A stretch of DNA of 60,238 nucleotides from the NCBI GenBank assembly GCA_016186715.1, contig JACPLA010000085.1:1-60238 (forward strand). Reading direction: 5' to 3'. Origin of the DNA: Ignavibacteriales bacterium (lineage in GTDB: Bacteria > Bacteroidota > Ignavibacteria > UBA10030). Under the pieces are notes generated by a model. The model ran no database searches. It saw only the letters and a program-made list of their open reading frames with translations, and was not told the DNA's origin. The position numbers and the translations under genes were made by a program. How positions within the stretch are numbered: the first letter of the stretch is position 1; every line of letters begins with the position of its first letter. Shown in pieces: positions 27,599 to 36,771 of the stretch.

Positions 27599-29863
27599 AT
27601 GGAAAAATCTCTTATCGTAGTAGAATCACCCGCAAAGGCCAAGACAATCAACAAGTACCTCGGCAAGGAGTTTACGGTCGAAGCTTCAGTGGGGCATATT
27701 AAGAACCTTCCGAAGAGTAAGATGAGTGTGGACGTCGAAAAGGACTTCGACGTCGTGTATGAGACAATCGGTGGCAAGGAAGACGTGATCGACAAATTGC
27801 GCCAGAAAGCGGGCAGGGCCGGGACAGTGTATATCGCGACTGACCCCGACCGCGAGGGAGAAGCTATCGCGGCTCATATTGCCGATGAGATCAAGGATGT
27901 GAACACCAACATTCGTCGTGTGTTGTTCCATGAAATCACGGAATCCGGGGTCAAGGAAGCGATGGCGCATCCCCATAAGATCAACCGGAATTTGGTAATG
28001 TCCCAGCAGGCACGCCGCGCCATGGACCGGATCGTCGGCTACAAAGTGAGCCCGTTTATCTGGAAAACCGTCTACTACGGGCTCTCAGCTGGACGAGTGC
28101 AGTCAGTCGCCTTGCGCTTGATCTGCGAAAAAGAAGAGTCGATAAGAGCGTTTGTCCAGCAGGAATACTGGTCCATCACAGGAGAATTCAGGACGTCTGC
28201 TGATGAGACGTTTCTGGCAAAACTGGTCAAGATTGACGGGAAAGACCCGCGAATTCCGGATGAAACGACAGTCAACGGGTATCTCAGCGATCTCCAAACG
28301 AAAAAATATGAGATCGCAAACGTGGACCGGAAGTCCGTCAGGCGCAACCCACCAGCCCCGTTCATCACCAGCACCTTGCAACAGGAGGCTGCACGCAGGC
28401 TCAGGTTTTCGGCAAAACGTACCATGATGCTGGCTCAAAAGCTCTATGAAGGCCAGGAACTCGGTGAGGAAGGCCTGACCGGCTTGATTACCTATATGCG
28501 GACCGACTCGGCTCGGTTAAGCAGTGAAGCTGTCGCACAGGTGCGGGAATACATTTATGCGAATTACGGGAAGGAGTACCTTCCGAAGGAGCCGCGTCTC
28601 TTCAAGAAGGGGAAAGCTTCGCAGGATGCGCACGAAGCGATTCGACCTACGTCGATCAAACACACGCCAAAATATGTCAGGAAATACCTTGACAAGGATC
28701 TCTCCCTTCTGTATGAATTGATTTGGAACCGATTCTTGGCTTGTCAGATGTCGCCGGCCGAATTCGAGCAAGTTTCTGTCGACGTCGCCGGAGGAGAGTA
28801 TCTGTTTCGGGCCGCGGATCAACTTCCGCTGTTTCGTGGATTTCTCCAGGTGTATGATGACATGGTGGAGGAAAACGGAGGCGATGCGGAGAAAGAGGAT
28901 GCCGATCCGGTTTCAAAGATCCCGGCATCGGCGGCCGTTGGTCAGCACGCGCAACTCACCAACCTGCTTCCCCGTCAGCACTTCACCAAGCCGCCGGCCC
29001 GTTACACCGAAAGCAGCCTGGTGAAAGAACTGGAGTCGCTTGGAATCGGCCGACCGAGCACGTACGCCCTCATTGTCAGCACGGTGATCGACCGGAAATA
29101 TGTGGAACAACAGGACCGGAAACTCTTTGCGACGGATCTGGGACTACAGGTCAATAAATTGCTCGTCAAGTACTTTCCCGAAATCGTCAATGTGAAATTC
29201 ACGGCACGTATGGAAGAAGAACTCGATACAATTGCGTCGGGAAAGGAACAGTACGTCAAAGTTATGAAGGACTTCTACGACCCCTTCATTCATGCGTTCG
29301 AAAAAGTTGATAAGATCGCTCCGACGATCAAGAAGTCGCTCCAGGAGACCACGGACGAGCCGTGTGATGTATGCGGCAAACCGATGATTATCAAGTGGGG
29401 AAGAAACGGACGGTTCATGGCCTGTACGGGGTATCCATCCTGTAAAAACACCAAACCGCTTCCGGGGGATCGGGAGAAGATGGAACACGTTGTGGGTATG
29501 ACGTGTGAACTCTGTGGAGGAGAAATGGTGGTCAAGGCCGGACGGTTCGGCACATTTCTCGGATGTTCTAACTATCCGAAATGCAAGAACACGAAACCGA
29601 TGACTACGGGGATCAAATGCCCCAAATGCAAAGAGGGGGATCTTATCGAGCGGAAAACAAAGAAACGGGGGAGGATTTTCTATGGATGTTCCCGCTACCC
29701 TGAGTGCGATTTCGCGTCTTGGGATCGGCCTGTGGAAGAACGATGCACGAGCTGCGGTCATTCATTTCTTGTCGCGAAGTACTCCCAGACGAAGGGGGAT
29801 TATCTTAAATGCCCTGAATGCAAAGAGGAGTTTGTGCGCGAAGAAGTCGCTGTGAGGGCATAG
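27599..29863 (+). CDS. topA: DNA topoisomerase I
   Basis: IVESPAKA-like start, ATDPDREGE, SAGRVQS, ITYMRTDS and C-terminal zinc ribbons. Confidence 0.98.
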   Translation: MEKSLIVVESPAKAKTINKYLGKEFTVEASVGHIKNLPKSKMSVDVEKDFDVVYETIGGKEDVIDKLRQKAGRAGTVYIATDPDREGEAIAAHIADEIKDVNTNIRRVLFHEITESGVKEAMAHPHKINRNLVMSQQARRAMDRIVGYKVSPFIWKTVYYGLSAGRVQSVALRLICEKEESIRAFVQQEYWSITGEFRTSADETFLAKLVKIDGKDPRIPDETTVNGYLSDLQTKKYEIANVDRKSVRRNPPAPFITSTLQQEAARRLRFSAKRTMMLAQKLYEGQELGEEGLTGLITYMRTDSARLSSEAVAQVREYIYANYGKEYLPKEPRLFKKGKASQDAHEAIRPTSIKHTPKYVRKYLDKDLSLLYELIWNRFLACQMSPAEFEQVSVDVAGGEYLFRAADQLPLFRGFLQVYDDMVEENGGDAEKEDADPVSKIPASAAVGQHAQLTNLLPRQHFTKPPARYTESSLVKELESLGIGRPSTYALIVSTVIDRKYVEQQDRKLFATDLGLQVNKLLVKYFPEIVNVKFTARMEEELDTIASGKEQYVKVMKDFYDPFIHAFEKVDKIAPTIKKSLQETTDEPCDVCGKPMIIKWGRNGRFMACTGYPSCKNTKPLPGDREKMEHVVGMTCELCGGEMVVKAGRFGTFLGCSNYPKCKNTKPMTTGIKCPKCKEGDLIERKTKKRGRIFYGCSRYPECDFASWDRPVEERCTSCGHSFLVAKYSQTKGDYLKCPECKEEFVREEVAVRA

Positions 29864-29891
29864 ATCCGTCCACTTTTCTTGATGCAAGCCG

Positions 29892-30773
29892 ATGCACACT
29901 TCGATTCGCGCCTATCTTGAATACCTGGACGGAGAACGCAACTATTCGCCGAATACACTTCTGGCCTATGAGCACGATCTCTTTCAGTTTACCGAGTTCC
30001 TGAGAGCATGTCACGTCGGCTCCCTGCACGATGTGCGGAGGGAGACCCTGAGGGTGTTCATCCGGTCGCTGGTTGATTCCGGTGTCAGCAAAAAATCCGT
30101 CGCCAGGAAGATTGCGAGCCTTCGCTCATTCTTCAAGTACCTCCGCCGAAGGAATCTTGTTCCCTCCAATCCAACGTTAACGCTCGTGACTCCGAAGGTC
30201 GAATCACGCCTTCCGCAGCACCTTGATGAAAGGGCCGTGCAAGAGATGCTCGATCTGCCTGACCGTACACATGCAAACGGCCGATGTGAAGCGGCAATCC
30301 TGGAAGTGTTCTATAGCACCGGGATGCGCCTGGGCGAGTTGGTGAACCTCAACATCGGAGACATTGACCTTCATGGCGGCACCGTGCGAATCCGGGGAAA
30401 AGGAAGAAAGGAGCGGATCGTTCCTCTCGGGAAGAAGGCGAACGATGCAATTCAGGCGCACTTGCACGACCGGTCCGGGACTCAGAAAGAGCCCGGTTGC
30501 CCGTTGTTTGTTCGGAAGAACGGGAACCGCTGGTATCCCGTTGCCGTGAGTCGCATGGTCAAACGGTTTATTGCGAGCGTCTCGGAAATTGAGAAGAAAA
30601 GCCCTCACAGCATTCGGCATTCCTTTGCGACCCACATGCTGAATCGCGGAGCCGACTTGCGGGCTGTAAAGGAACTGCTTGGCCATGAAAGCCTGTCAAC
30701 GACCCAGGTGTATACGCATGTTTCAACAGAAAGGATGAAGAAGGTCTATCGACAATCTCATCCGAAGGCATGA
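29892..30773 (+). CDS. xerC: Tyrosine recombinase XerC
   Basis: GMRLGEL, GKGRKER, HSIRHSFATH and LGHESLSTTQVYTH motifs; topA-xerC-hpf context. Confidence 0.88.
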   Translation: MHTSIRAYLEYLDGERNYSPNTLLAYEHDLFQFTEFLRACHVGSLHDVRRETLRVFIRSLVDSGVSKKSVARKIASLRSFFKYLRRRNLVPSNPTLTLVTPKVESRLPQHLDERAVQEMLDLPDRTHANGRCEAAILEVFYSTGMRLGELVNLNIGDIDLHGGTVRIRGKGRKERIVPLGKKANDAIQAHLHDRSGTQKEPGCPLFVRKNGNRWYPVAVSRMVKRFIASVSEIEKKSPHSIRHSFATHMLNRGADLRAVKELLGHESLSTTQVYTHVSTERMKKVYRQSHPKA

Positions 30774-30811
30774 CGACCAGAACGGATCTATCATGAGAAA
30801 GGAGCTTGCAT

Positions 30812-31144
30812 ATGACCATCAGCGTGACGTCCCGGCATTTCAAAGCTCATCAATCGTTGGTCGAATATGCAGAACAAGCAGTGAAACGGCTCGGTCACTT
30901 TTATGACGGCATTATCAAATGCGATGTTGTCCTGAGTTATGAAAACCCATACAAACGTACCAAGATCGCCGAAGTGATTGTCTCGGTCTATCGGTCGAGG
31001 CTCACAGCAGAAGAGCGATCGGACGATTTTTTCAAGTCCGTTGACGGGGCCATGGGGAAGGTGTTGGCTCAACTTAAAAAGTATAAGGGCCGGCTGCATC
31101 ACAAGGACCGACAAACCGTTCGGAAGGTAAACGAAAAAGTCTAA
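30812..31144 (+). CDS. hpf: Ribosome hibernation factor HPF/RaiA (short form)
   Basis: ISVTSRH..LVEYAE..DFFKSVD..QLKKYK pattern. Confidence 0.88.
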   Translation: MTISVTSRHFKAHQSLVEYAEQAVKRLGHFYDGIIKCDVVLSYENPYKRTKIAEVIVSVYRSRLTAEERSDDFFKSVDGAMGKVLAQLKKYKGRLHHKDRQTVRKVNEKV

Positions 31145-31151
31145 CGGAAGC

Positions 31152-32165
31152 ATGACCATGGCTCTGGAGAATTTGCGCGAAACACGGAAGAAAAGCATCA
31201 CGGTCGGTTTCATGTACGAGGCTAACAAAGAACGCCTGCAGCTCAGGACGCTCAACGGCGACGTGGGATTTGAAAAGGAAGTGCGGGATAAGAATATTCA
31301 CCGGCCGGGCCTTGCACTTGCCGGGTATGTGGAGCTGTTCACCTATGACCGGGTTCAGGTTTTCGGGAACACTGAAATCCGGTATTTGCAGCATCTCGGA
31401 CTGAAGGAGCGGGTGAAAGCGTTTGAAACCATTTTTCAATTTGATCTCCCGTGTATCATTATCACGAATGAGAATGCGATCGACCAGGAACTTCTGACGA
31501 TTGCAACCGACCGCAAGGTATCCGTGTTCCAGTGTCCGTTTGAAACCACGAAGCTGGTTTTTTTCCTCAGCGATTTCCTGGATGACCAATTTGCTCTGCA
31601 AACCGTCGTCCACGGATCGTTCATCGACGTGTACGGTGTGGGAGTTCTTTTGACGGGACGTTCAGGAATTGGAAAAAGCGAGATCGCGTTGGATTTGATC
31701 GAGCGGGGCCATCGCCTTGTTGCCGACGATGTCGTCATGATCACGCGCAAAGGAGAGGGAATTCTGATGGGCGCCGGAACCGACGTCGTCAAGCATTTCA
31801 TGGAAATCCGAGGTCTGGGCCTTATTGATGTGCGTTCCATTTTTGGCATCCGATCAATCCGGTTTCAAAAAAGGGTCGAAATCGTCATTGAGCTGCAGGA
31901 ATGGAAACACGATGTAGAATATACCAGAACCGGCCTCGACCACGAAAGCATTGTGATTATGGGGGTTGAAATTCCCCACGTCAAATTGCCCATCTTCCCT
32001 GGCAAGAATGTGACGGTGATAACAGAGGTTATCGCCTTGGATTACCTCCTTCGGCACTACGGATATGACGCAGCAAAGGAGTTTTCCAAGCGATTGGACG
32101 CTGTGATTTCGGAGAAGGCGAGAGGGAAGCGGGTTATCGACTATTTTGAGCACGACTTTGAATAA
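31152..32165 (+). CDS. hprK: HPr(Ser) kinase/phosphatase
   Basis: HRPGLAL, GRSGIGKSEIALDL, GHRLVADD and EIRGLG motifs. Confidence 0.96.
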   Translation: MTMALENLRETRKKSITVGFMYEANKERLQLRTLNGDVGFEKEVRDKNIHRPGLALAGYVELFTYDRVQVFGNTEIRYLQHLGLKERVKAFETIFQFDLPCIIITNENAIDQELLTIATDRKVSVFQCPFETTKLVFFLSDFLDDQFALQTVVHGSFIDVYGVGVLLTGRSGIGKSEIALDLIERGHRLVADDVVMITRKGEGILMGAGTDVVKHFMEIRGLGLIDVRSIFGIRSIRFQKRVEIVIELQEWKHDVEYTRTGLDHESIVIMGVEIPHVKLPIFPGKNVTVITEVIALDYLLRHYGYDAAKEFSKRLDAVISEKARGKRVIDYFEHDFE

Positions 32166-32183
32166 GCGGGGGGGTGCTTTTCC

Positions 32184-32214
32184 TTGACAAAACCTCAATA
32201 ATTGTCTATTTTTG
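32184..32214 (+). promoter_or_regulatory. Promoter upstream of M23 peptidase
   Basis: TTGACA-N17-TATTTT; also fits the Bacteroidota TAnnTTTG motif. Confidence 0.6.
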
Positions 32215-32260
32215 CCCTACCTTTTTCCACGGAACGGAGTTTTTTCTTCGCTAGAGCCTT

Positions 32261-33211
32261 ATGAGTAAGTTCAGACTCTATTATTTTTCAACGAATTCCC
32301 TCAAGTTTGTCGAGGCGCGGTGGGCGAAAACACGATTCGCTGCGATCACGCTTCTGGTCGGCGTCGTTGTCGCGACGACGGTCTTTGAGGTGAACCAGTA
32401 TCTTGAAGACTTCCTTGGATTGGGAATGGGAAGAGCCTCTGTGTTGTCGTCAGAGAATTCTGTGCTTCGTCAGCAGCTCAGTGTTTTGTCTGGACGATTG
32501 TCCGGCCTTGAGCGTCAGTTGGCGAGCCTGAATGATCGGGGGAATGAAATCCGCGTGTTCGTGGATTTACCAAAAATCGACGAAGACACGAGGCTTGCAG
32601 GTGCGGGCGGCACTGATGACCGTGTCGAGTATGGCGTCCCGTCGGACGTGAATGAGCTTCTCCGTGAACTTCACGGAATGTCGGCAAGGGCCGAGAGGGA
32701 ACTTCTTCTGCAATCGAAAAGTTATGAGGAGGTAGTGGACCGGTATGACGAGAACAAGACTCGGTTTGCTCACCTTCCCGCCATCAAACCAATGGTCGGG
32801 TATTACTCGGTCCATGGTTTTGGTGCGCGGCTTCATCCGATTTTGCGCATCGTGAAACCGCATGAAGGGATGGACATTGCAAACGACGTAGGAACGCCGG
32901 TGCACGCAACGGCTGATGGGACGATCGAATATGCAGGTCGCACGGGAGGCGGGTACGGCGTCATGGTTGAGATCGCTCATGGATATGGATACACCACGGC
33001 GTTTGCGCACCTCAGCAAGGTTCTGGTCAAAGAAGGGCAGAGGGTGAAAAGAGGGGATCTGATCGCTCTCAGCGGGCGGACAGGTCTTGTGAGCGGACCT
33101 CACCTCCACTACGAGGTGAGACTGAATGGCATTCGCCAGAACCCTATCGATTATTTCTTTGATGATATCAACTATCTGGAATACAGAGACCAAAGTCTCG
33201 TACTTGACTGA
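32261..33211 (+). CDS. M23 family metallopeptidase
   Basis: N-terminal TM plus coiled coil; HEGMD and GPHLHYEV motifs. Confidence 0.93.
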   Translation: MSKFRLYYFSTNSLKFVEARWAKTRFAAITLLVGVVVATTVFEVNQYLEDFLGLGMGRASVLSSENSVLRQQLSVLSGRLSGLERQLASLNDRGNEIRVFVDLPKIDEDTRLAGAGGTDDRVEYGVPSDVNELLRELHGMSARAERELLLQSKSYEEVVDRYDENKTRFAHLPAIKPMVGYYSVHGFGARLHPILRIVKPHEGMDIANDVGTPVHATADGTIEYAGRTGGGYGVMVEIAHGYGYTTAFAHLSKVLVKEGQRVKRGDLIALSGRTGLVSGPHLHYEVRLNGIRQNPIDYFFDDINYLEYRDQSLVLD

Positions 33212-33254
33212 TTAAATTCGACAGAACGCATTCCGGCTGTAAGGATGTGTGGAG

Positions 33255-33479
33255 ATGATTTGGACAATTGAACTCGCCTCGTACCTTGACGATGCTCCAT
33301 GGCCTGCGACCAAAGACGAACTTGTTGACTATGCGGTGCGCACAGGGGCTCCAATGGAAGTGATTCAGAATCTCGAGGAACTCGAAGACAGTGAAGAGCC
33401 CTTTGAGAGCATCGAGGAGATCTGGCCGGATTATCCCACGGATGAGGATTTTTTTTACGAGGACGAAAAGGACTACTGA
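33255..33479 (+). CDS. DUF2795 family small acidic protein
   Basis: MIWTIELASYLDDAPWPATKDEL..IWPDYP pattern. Confidence 0.88.
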   Translation: MIWTIELASYLDDAPWPATKDELVDYAVRTGAPMEVIQNLEELEDSEEPFESIEEIWPDYPTDEDFFYEDEKDY

Positions 33480-33528
33480 CATCGCTCAGAGCCGGTTGCG
33501 CGCCGGCTTGTTGTTTCACTCGATTTTC

Positions 33529-33557
33529 AACCCAGCGAAGGCTGCTGGGTTTTTTTA
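33529..33557 (+). terminator. Intrinsic terminator
   Basis: aacccagc-gaaggct-gctgggtt followed by a T run. Confidence 0.75.
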
Positions 33558-33569
33558 TTGTTCCGAGGT

Positions 33570-35630
33570 ATGACCCGACTGTTTTGTTTTCTTGCCCTCC
33601 TCGCTGTAACTTTCTCCTCTTCGCTTGCCCAGCTTGCTCTTTCTGAGTATGAGGTCCGAAAGATTGTCTTTGGCGGAAACTCGGAAATCAGCGAAGACGT
33701 TCTCCGATCCCTGATTGAGACAAAGGAAACGCCGGGGTGGTTCTGGAAAACCCTTGGGAAAATCAGTACGAAGATTGGCGAGGCCCCCCGGTATTATGAT
33801 CCGGTGGCGTTCGAAGGGGATTTGGGCCGGCTACGAAGATTCTATGCGGATCAGGGGTTCTTTCACGCCTCTGTTGATACCTCCCTGGAATTTCACCCTG
33901 ACGATCAGGTTGTGGACCTTGCCTTCCGCATCCACGAAGGAGCGCGCTCAATCATTGATACTCTTGAACTTCGAGGGATCTCGGGACTTCCATCGATTCT
34001 CAGAGAAGACATTGAAAAAAAACAGACGCTCAGGAGGGGAGATCCGTACATTGTGCAGGATGTTGACCGCGAATTGCGTCGAATCGTCGGCACGTTTGCC
34101 AATCATGGCTACGTCCGCGTTGGGGTCGATACGGTGATTGCGCGCCAATATGCCAGCACGAACAACGTCACGCTCATTTTCTCTTTCAGCGCCAACGAGC
34201 GGTACAGTTTCGGCCGCATAACAGTGGAACATGACACCACCGCGACAGAGCGTGTCGAAGAAGATGTCGTTCACCGTCACCTTGATTTCCAGGAGGGGGA
34301 TTTCTACAGTGAGGAGAAAAAGGTCGACAGCGAGCGAAATTTGAATCGTCTCGGCGTCTTTGAAGCGAGCCGGATCGAACCTGTCGTCAGCCGGGAGGCC
34401 TTGAATTCACTTCAAATCCCGATAAGGGTCTTTGTCAGACCGAGGCCTTTTCACGAACTGACGCCGGAGATCGGTGCCTACGACGAGAACAGCGCCTTTA
34501 ATCTCGTTGCAGGCGTGGGTTACAACAATCGGAATTTCTTCGGCGACGCAAGGAATTTCCTGACAAGACTGCGCGTCAGTCTACAGTCCATCCAGGATAT
34601 CGAGTTCTCACGTGTCTTCAGCGAAACTGGATTTCGTGACAGTTCCCTTGTTTCCAGGATCGAAGTGTCGAGCCAGGTCATTCAGCCATATGTCTTTTCA
34701 AACAAAGTCAGCATGAGTGTCACTCTGGCGGCGCTTTTGGAAAAACAGAAATCATACTTTGCACCTATCTACCAGGCACGCGTCGGATTGAATGCACAAC
34801 TCGGCCGGTATACACGGGGAACGATAGAATTCAATCTCGAACGGGTCGATCCGACTCTAGTCGGCAGTGATACAACGAACGCGAAACGGGAACTTGATAA
34901 ACGTGAAGACCTGAAACGTCAGTTTAACTCCATTCTTACAATGACAATTCAGCGGGACAAGCGGGACGATTTGTTCACGCCGTCGGAGGGATTTTTCCAT
35001 TTGTTGTCGATCGAAGAAGCGGGCTTTCTTCCAAAGATCTTCGGCGGATTGCTTGGCTCGGAGCTTCCATTTGCAAATTACTACAAGATTTCCGGAGTTG
35101 CCCAATGGTATTGGGATGCCGGAACAGACCGTAGGTTCATTTGGGCCGGCAGGGTCCGAGGCGGGTTTGCACGGCTTTATGACAATTTTACCGTGCCGGT
35201 ACCTATCACGCGACGCTTCTTTTCCGGCGGGAGCGAGAGTATTCGCGGCTGGAAATCAAGGGAACTGGGGGCCGTTCCGTTTCCAAATCAGGGAGGAAAT
35301 ACTCTCTTCGAGGCGACCCTGGAAGGACGATGGCACCTGTTCCGCCACGCCGGAAGCCTGTGGTTCATCAGTCTTCCGAACATCTCCCTTGTAGGTTTTT
35401 TCGACGTAGGGAACATTTGGACGGATCTGAAATTCATTCGGGCCTCAGAATTCGCAATGGCCGCCGGCCTCGGGTTCCGTTGGGACACAATCGCAGGCCC
35501 CATTCGGATCGACCTTGGACTCAGGGTGTACGATCCCTTTGAAACAACCGGGCGCAAGTGGGTGACCGAACGGCGGTTCTTCCACGATACGTATAGTCTT
35601 GTTCATTTCGGAATCGGGCATTCGTTCTGA
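33570..35630 (+). CDS. BamA/TamA (Omp85) family outer-membrane protein
   Basis: Signal peptide, POTRA domains, FFSGG.ESIRGW, GPIRID and terminal FGIGHSF. Confidence 0.9.
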   Translation: MTRLFCFLALLAVTFSSSLAQLALSEYEVRKIVFGGNSEISEDVLRSLIETKETPGWFWKTLGKISTKIGEAPRYYDPVAFEGDLGRLRRFYADQGFFHASVDTSLEFHPDDQVVDLAFRIHEGARSIIDTLELRGISGLPSILREDIEKKQTLRRGDPYIVQDVDRELRRIVGTFANHGYVRVGVDTVIARQYASTNNVTLIFSFSANERYSFGRITVEHDTTATERVEEDVVHRHLDFQEGDFYSEEKKVDSERNLNRLGVFEASRIEPVVSREALNSLQIPIRVFVRPRPFHELTPEIGAYDENSAFNLVAGVGYNNRNFFGDARNFLTRLRVSLQSIQDIEFSRVFSETGFRDSSLVSRIEVSSQVIQPYVFSNKVSMSVTLAALLEKQKSYFAPIYQARVGLNAQLGRYTRGTIEFNLERVDPTLVGSDTTNAKRELDKREDLKRQFNSILTMTIQRDKRDDLFTPSEGFFHLLSIEEAGFLPKIFGGLLGSELPFANYYKISGVAQWYWDAGTDRRFIWAGRVRGGFARLYDNFTVPVPITRRFFSGGSESIRGWKSRELGAVPFPNQGGNTLFEATLEGRWHLFRHAGSLWFISLPNISLVGFFDVGNIWTDLKFIRASEFAMAAGLGFRWDTIAGPIRIDLGLRVYDPFETTGRKWVTERRFFHDTYSLVHFGIGHSF

Positions 35631-35631
35631 C

Positions 35632-36771
35632 ATGGGATGGAATCGGGTCATAGGGCAGAAACAGGTCAAGGAACTTCTGAGACGTGCTATCGGCGCCGGG
35701 CAGGTCGCGCACGCGTATTGCTTTTACGGGGAGGAAGGAGTGGGGAAAGATGCACTGGCCATCGAATTCGCCCGGGCTTTGAACTGCGAACGCCAGGGAA
35801 CAGATTCCTGCGGCGAATGTTCCAGCTGTCGGAAGATCGAGGTTCTCCAACATCCCCAGGTGCGCTTTGTCATCGCTCTTCCTTCAGGCAAAGGTGAAAA
35901 AACAGGAGATGAGCCGATCAAAGGATTCACAGAGGATCAGGTCTCCGCGTTGCAAGCGGAGATGGCAACCAAGGCGCGCGATCCGTACCACAGGATCTCC
36001 CTCTCGAATGCCAATTTCATTAAAGTAAACAGCATCCGTGAAATCCGGCGGCAGGCAGCTTTGACGCCGTTTCAAAAAGGGAAAAAGGTATTCATCGTTT
36101 CGAATGCTGAGGCCATGAATCTCGAAGCCAGCAACTCACTCCTGAAGACCCTTGAGGAACCTCCTGCAGATACAGTGATCATGCTCACGACCTCCAGGAA
36201 AGAGCAACTCCTCTCCACGATTGTTTCGCGATGTCAGCAGATACGATGCGGACCGTTGAGTGAAGATGAGATGACCGAAGCTCTGAAGACGCGCGACGGA
36301 GTCGCAGAAGCGGAGGCCAGGTTGGCTGCGTCCCTCGCCAATGGGAGCTTTACGGCCGCGCGTGCGCTTGCTTCGGAGGACATGTCGGAGATGCTTCAGC
36401 AGGTGGTCCATTTTCTTCGACTTGTGCTGGGGACGAGCAGTGTTGCGCTGCTTGATGGAGTCGAACATATACTTTCATCGATGGAGCGCGCGGAGGCCAG
36501 CCGATGGTTAAGATTGGTTCAGGTATGGCTTCATCAGGCGCTCGCGGTTCGAGAAAGACACGGAGCGAACTCGGAAAAAGATCTTGAGAATTTCATCAGA
36601 AAGTTTCCTCACGCGGATCTGCTGCGGGCGGCAGATGCCGTTGAGCGTTCAATTGCTCTTGTAGAAAAAAATGTGTATCTTCCTCTTATCTTCATTACGC
36701 TTGCCGTAGAGTTGAAAGCCTGTATCCACGGAAAACCTCCTGCAACCGTCGACAGTGGCCTCCCCTCATAA
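35632..36771 (+). CDS. holB: DNA polymerase III subunit delta'
   Basis: GEEGVGK, C-x8-CGECSSC, NSLLKTLEEPP and TIVSRCQ motifs. Confidence 0.92.
   Translation: MGWNRVIGQKQVKELLRRAIGAGQVAHAYCFYGEEGVGKDALAIEFARALNCERQGTDSCGECSSCRKIEVLQHPQVRFVIALPSGKGEKTGDEPIKGFTEDQVSALQAEMATKARDPYHRISLSNANFIKVNSIREIRRQAALTPFQKGKKVFIVSNAEAMNLEASNSLLKTLEEPPADTVIMLTTSRKEQLLSTIVSRCQQIRCGPLSEDEMTEALKTRDGVAEAEARLAASLANGSFTAARALASEDMSEMLQQVVHFLRLVLGTSSVALLDGVEHILSSMERAEASRWLRLVQVWLHQALAVRERHGANSEKDLENFIRKFPHADLLRAADAVERSIALVEKNVYLPLIFITLAVELKACIHGKPPATVDSGLPS

Noticed and set aside
29892-30773. Tyrosine recombinase as a prophage or island integrase
   Set aside because: XerC-sized, in housekeeping topA-xerC-hpf context, with no att repeats or cargo
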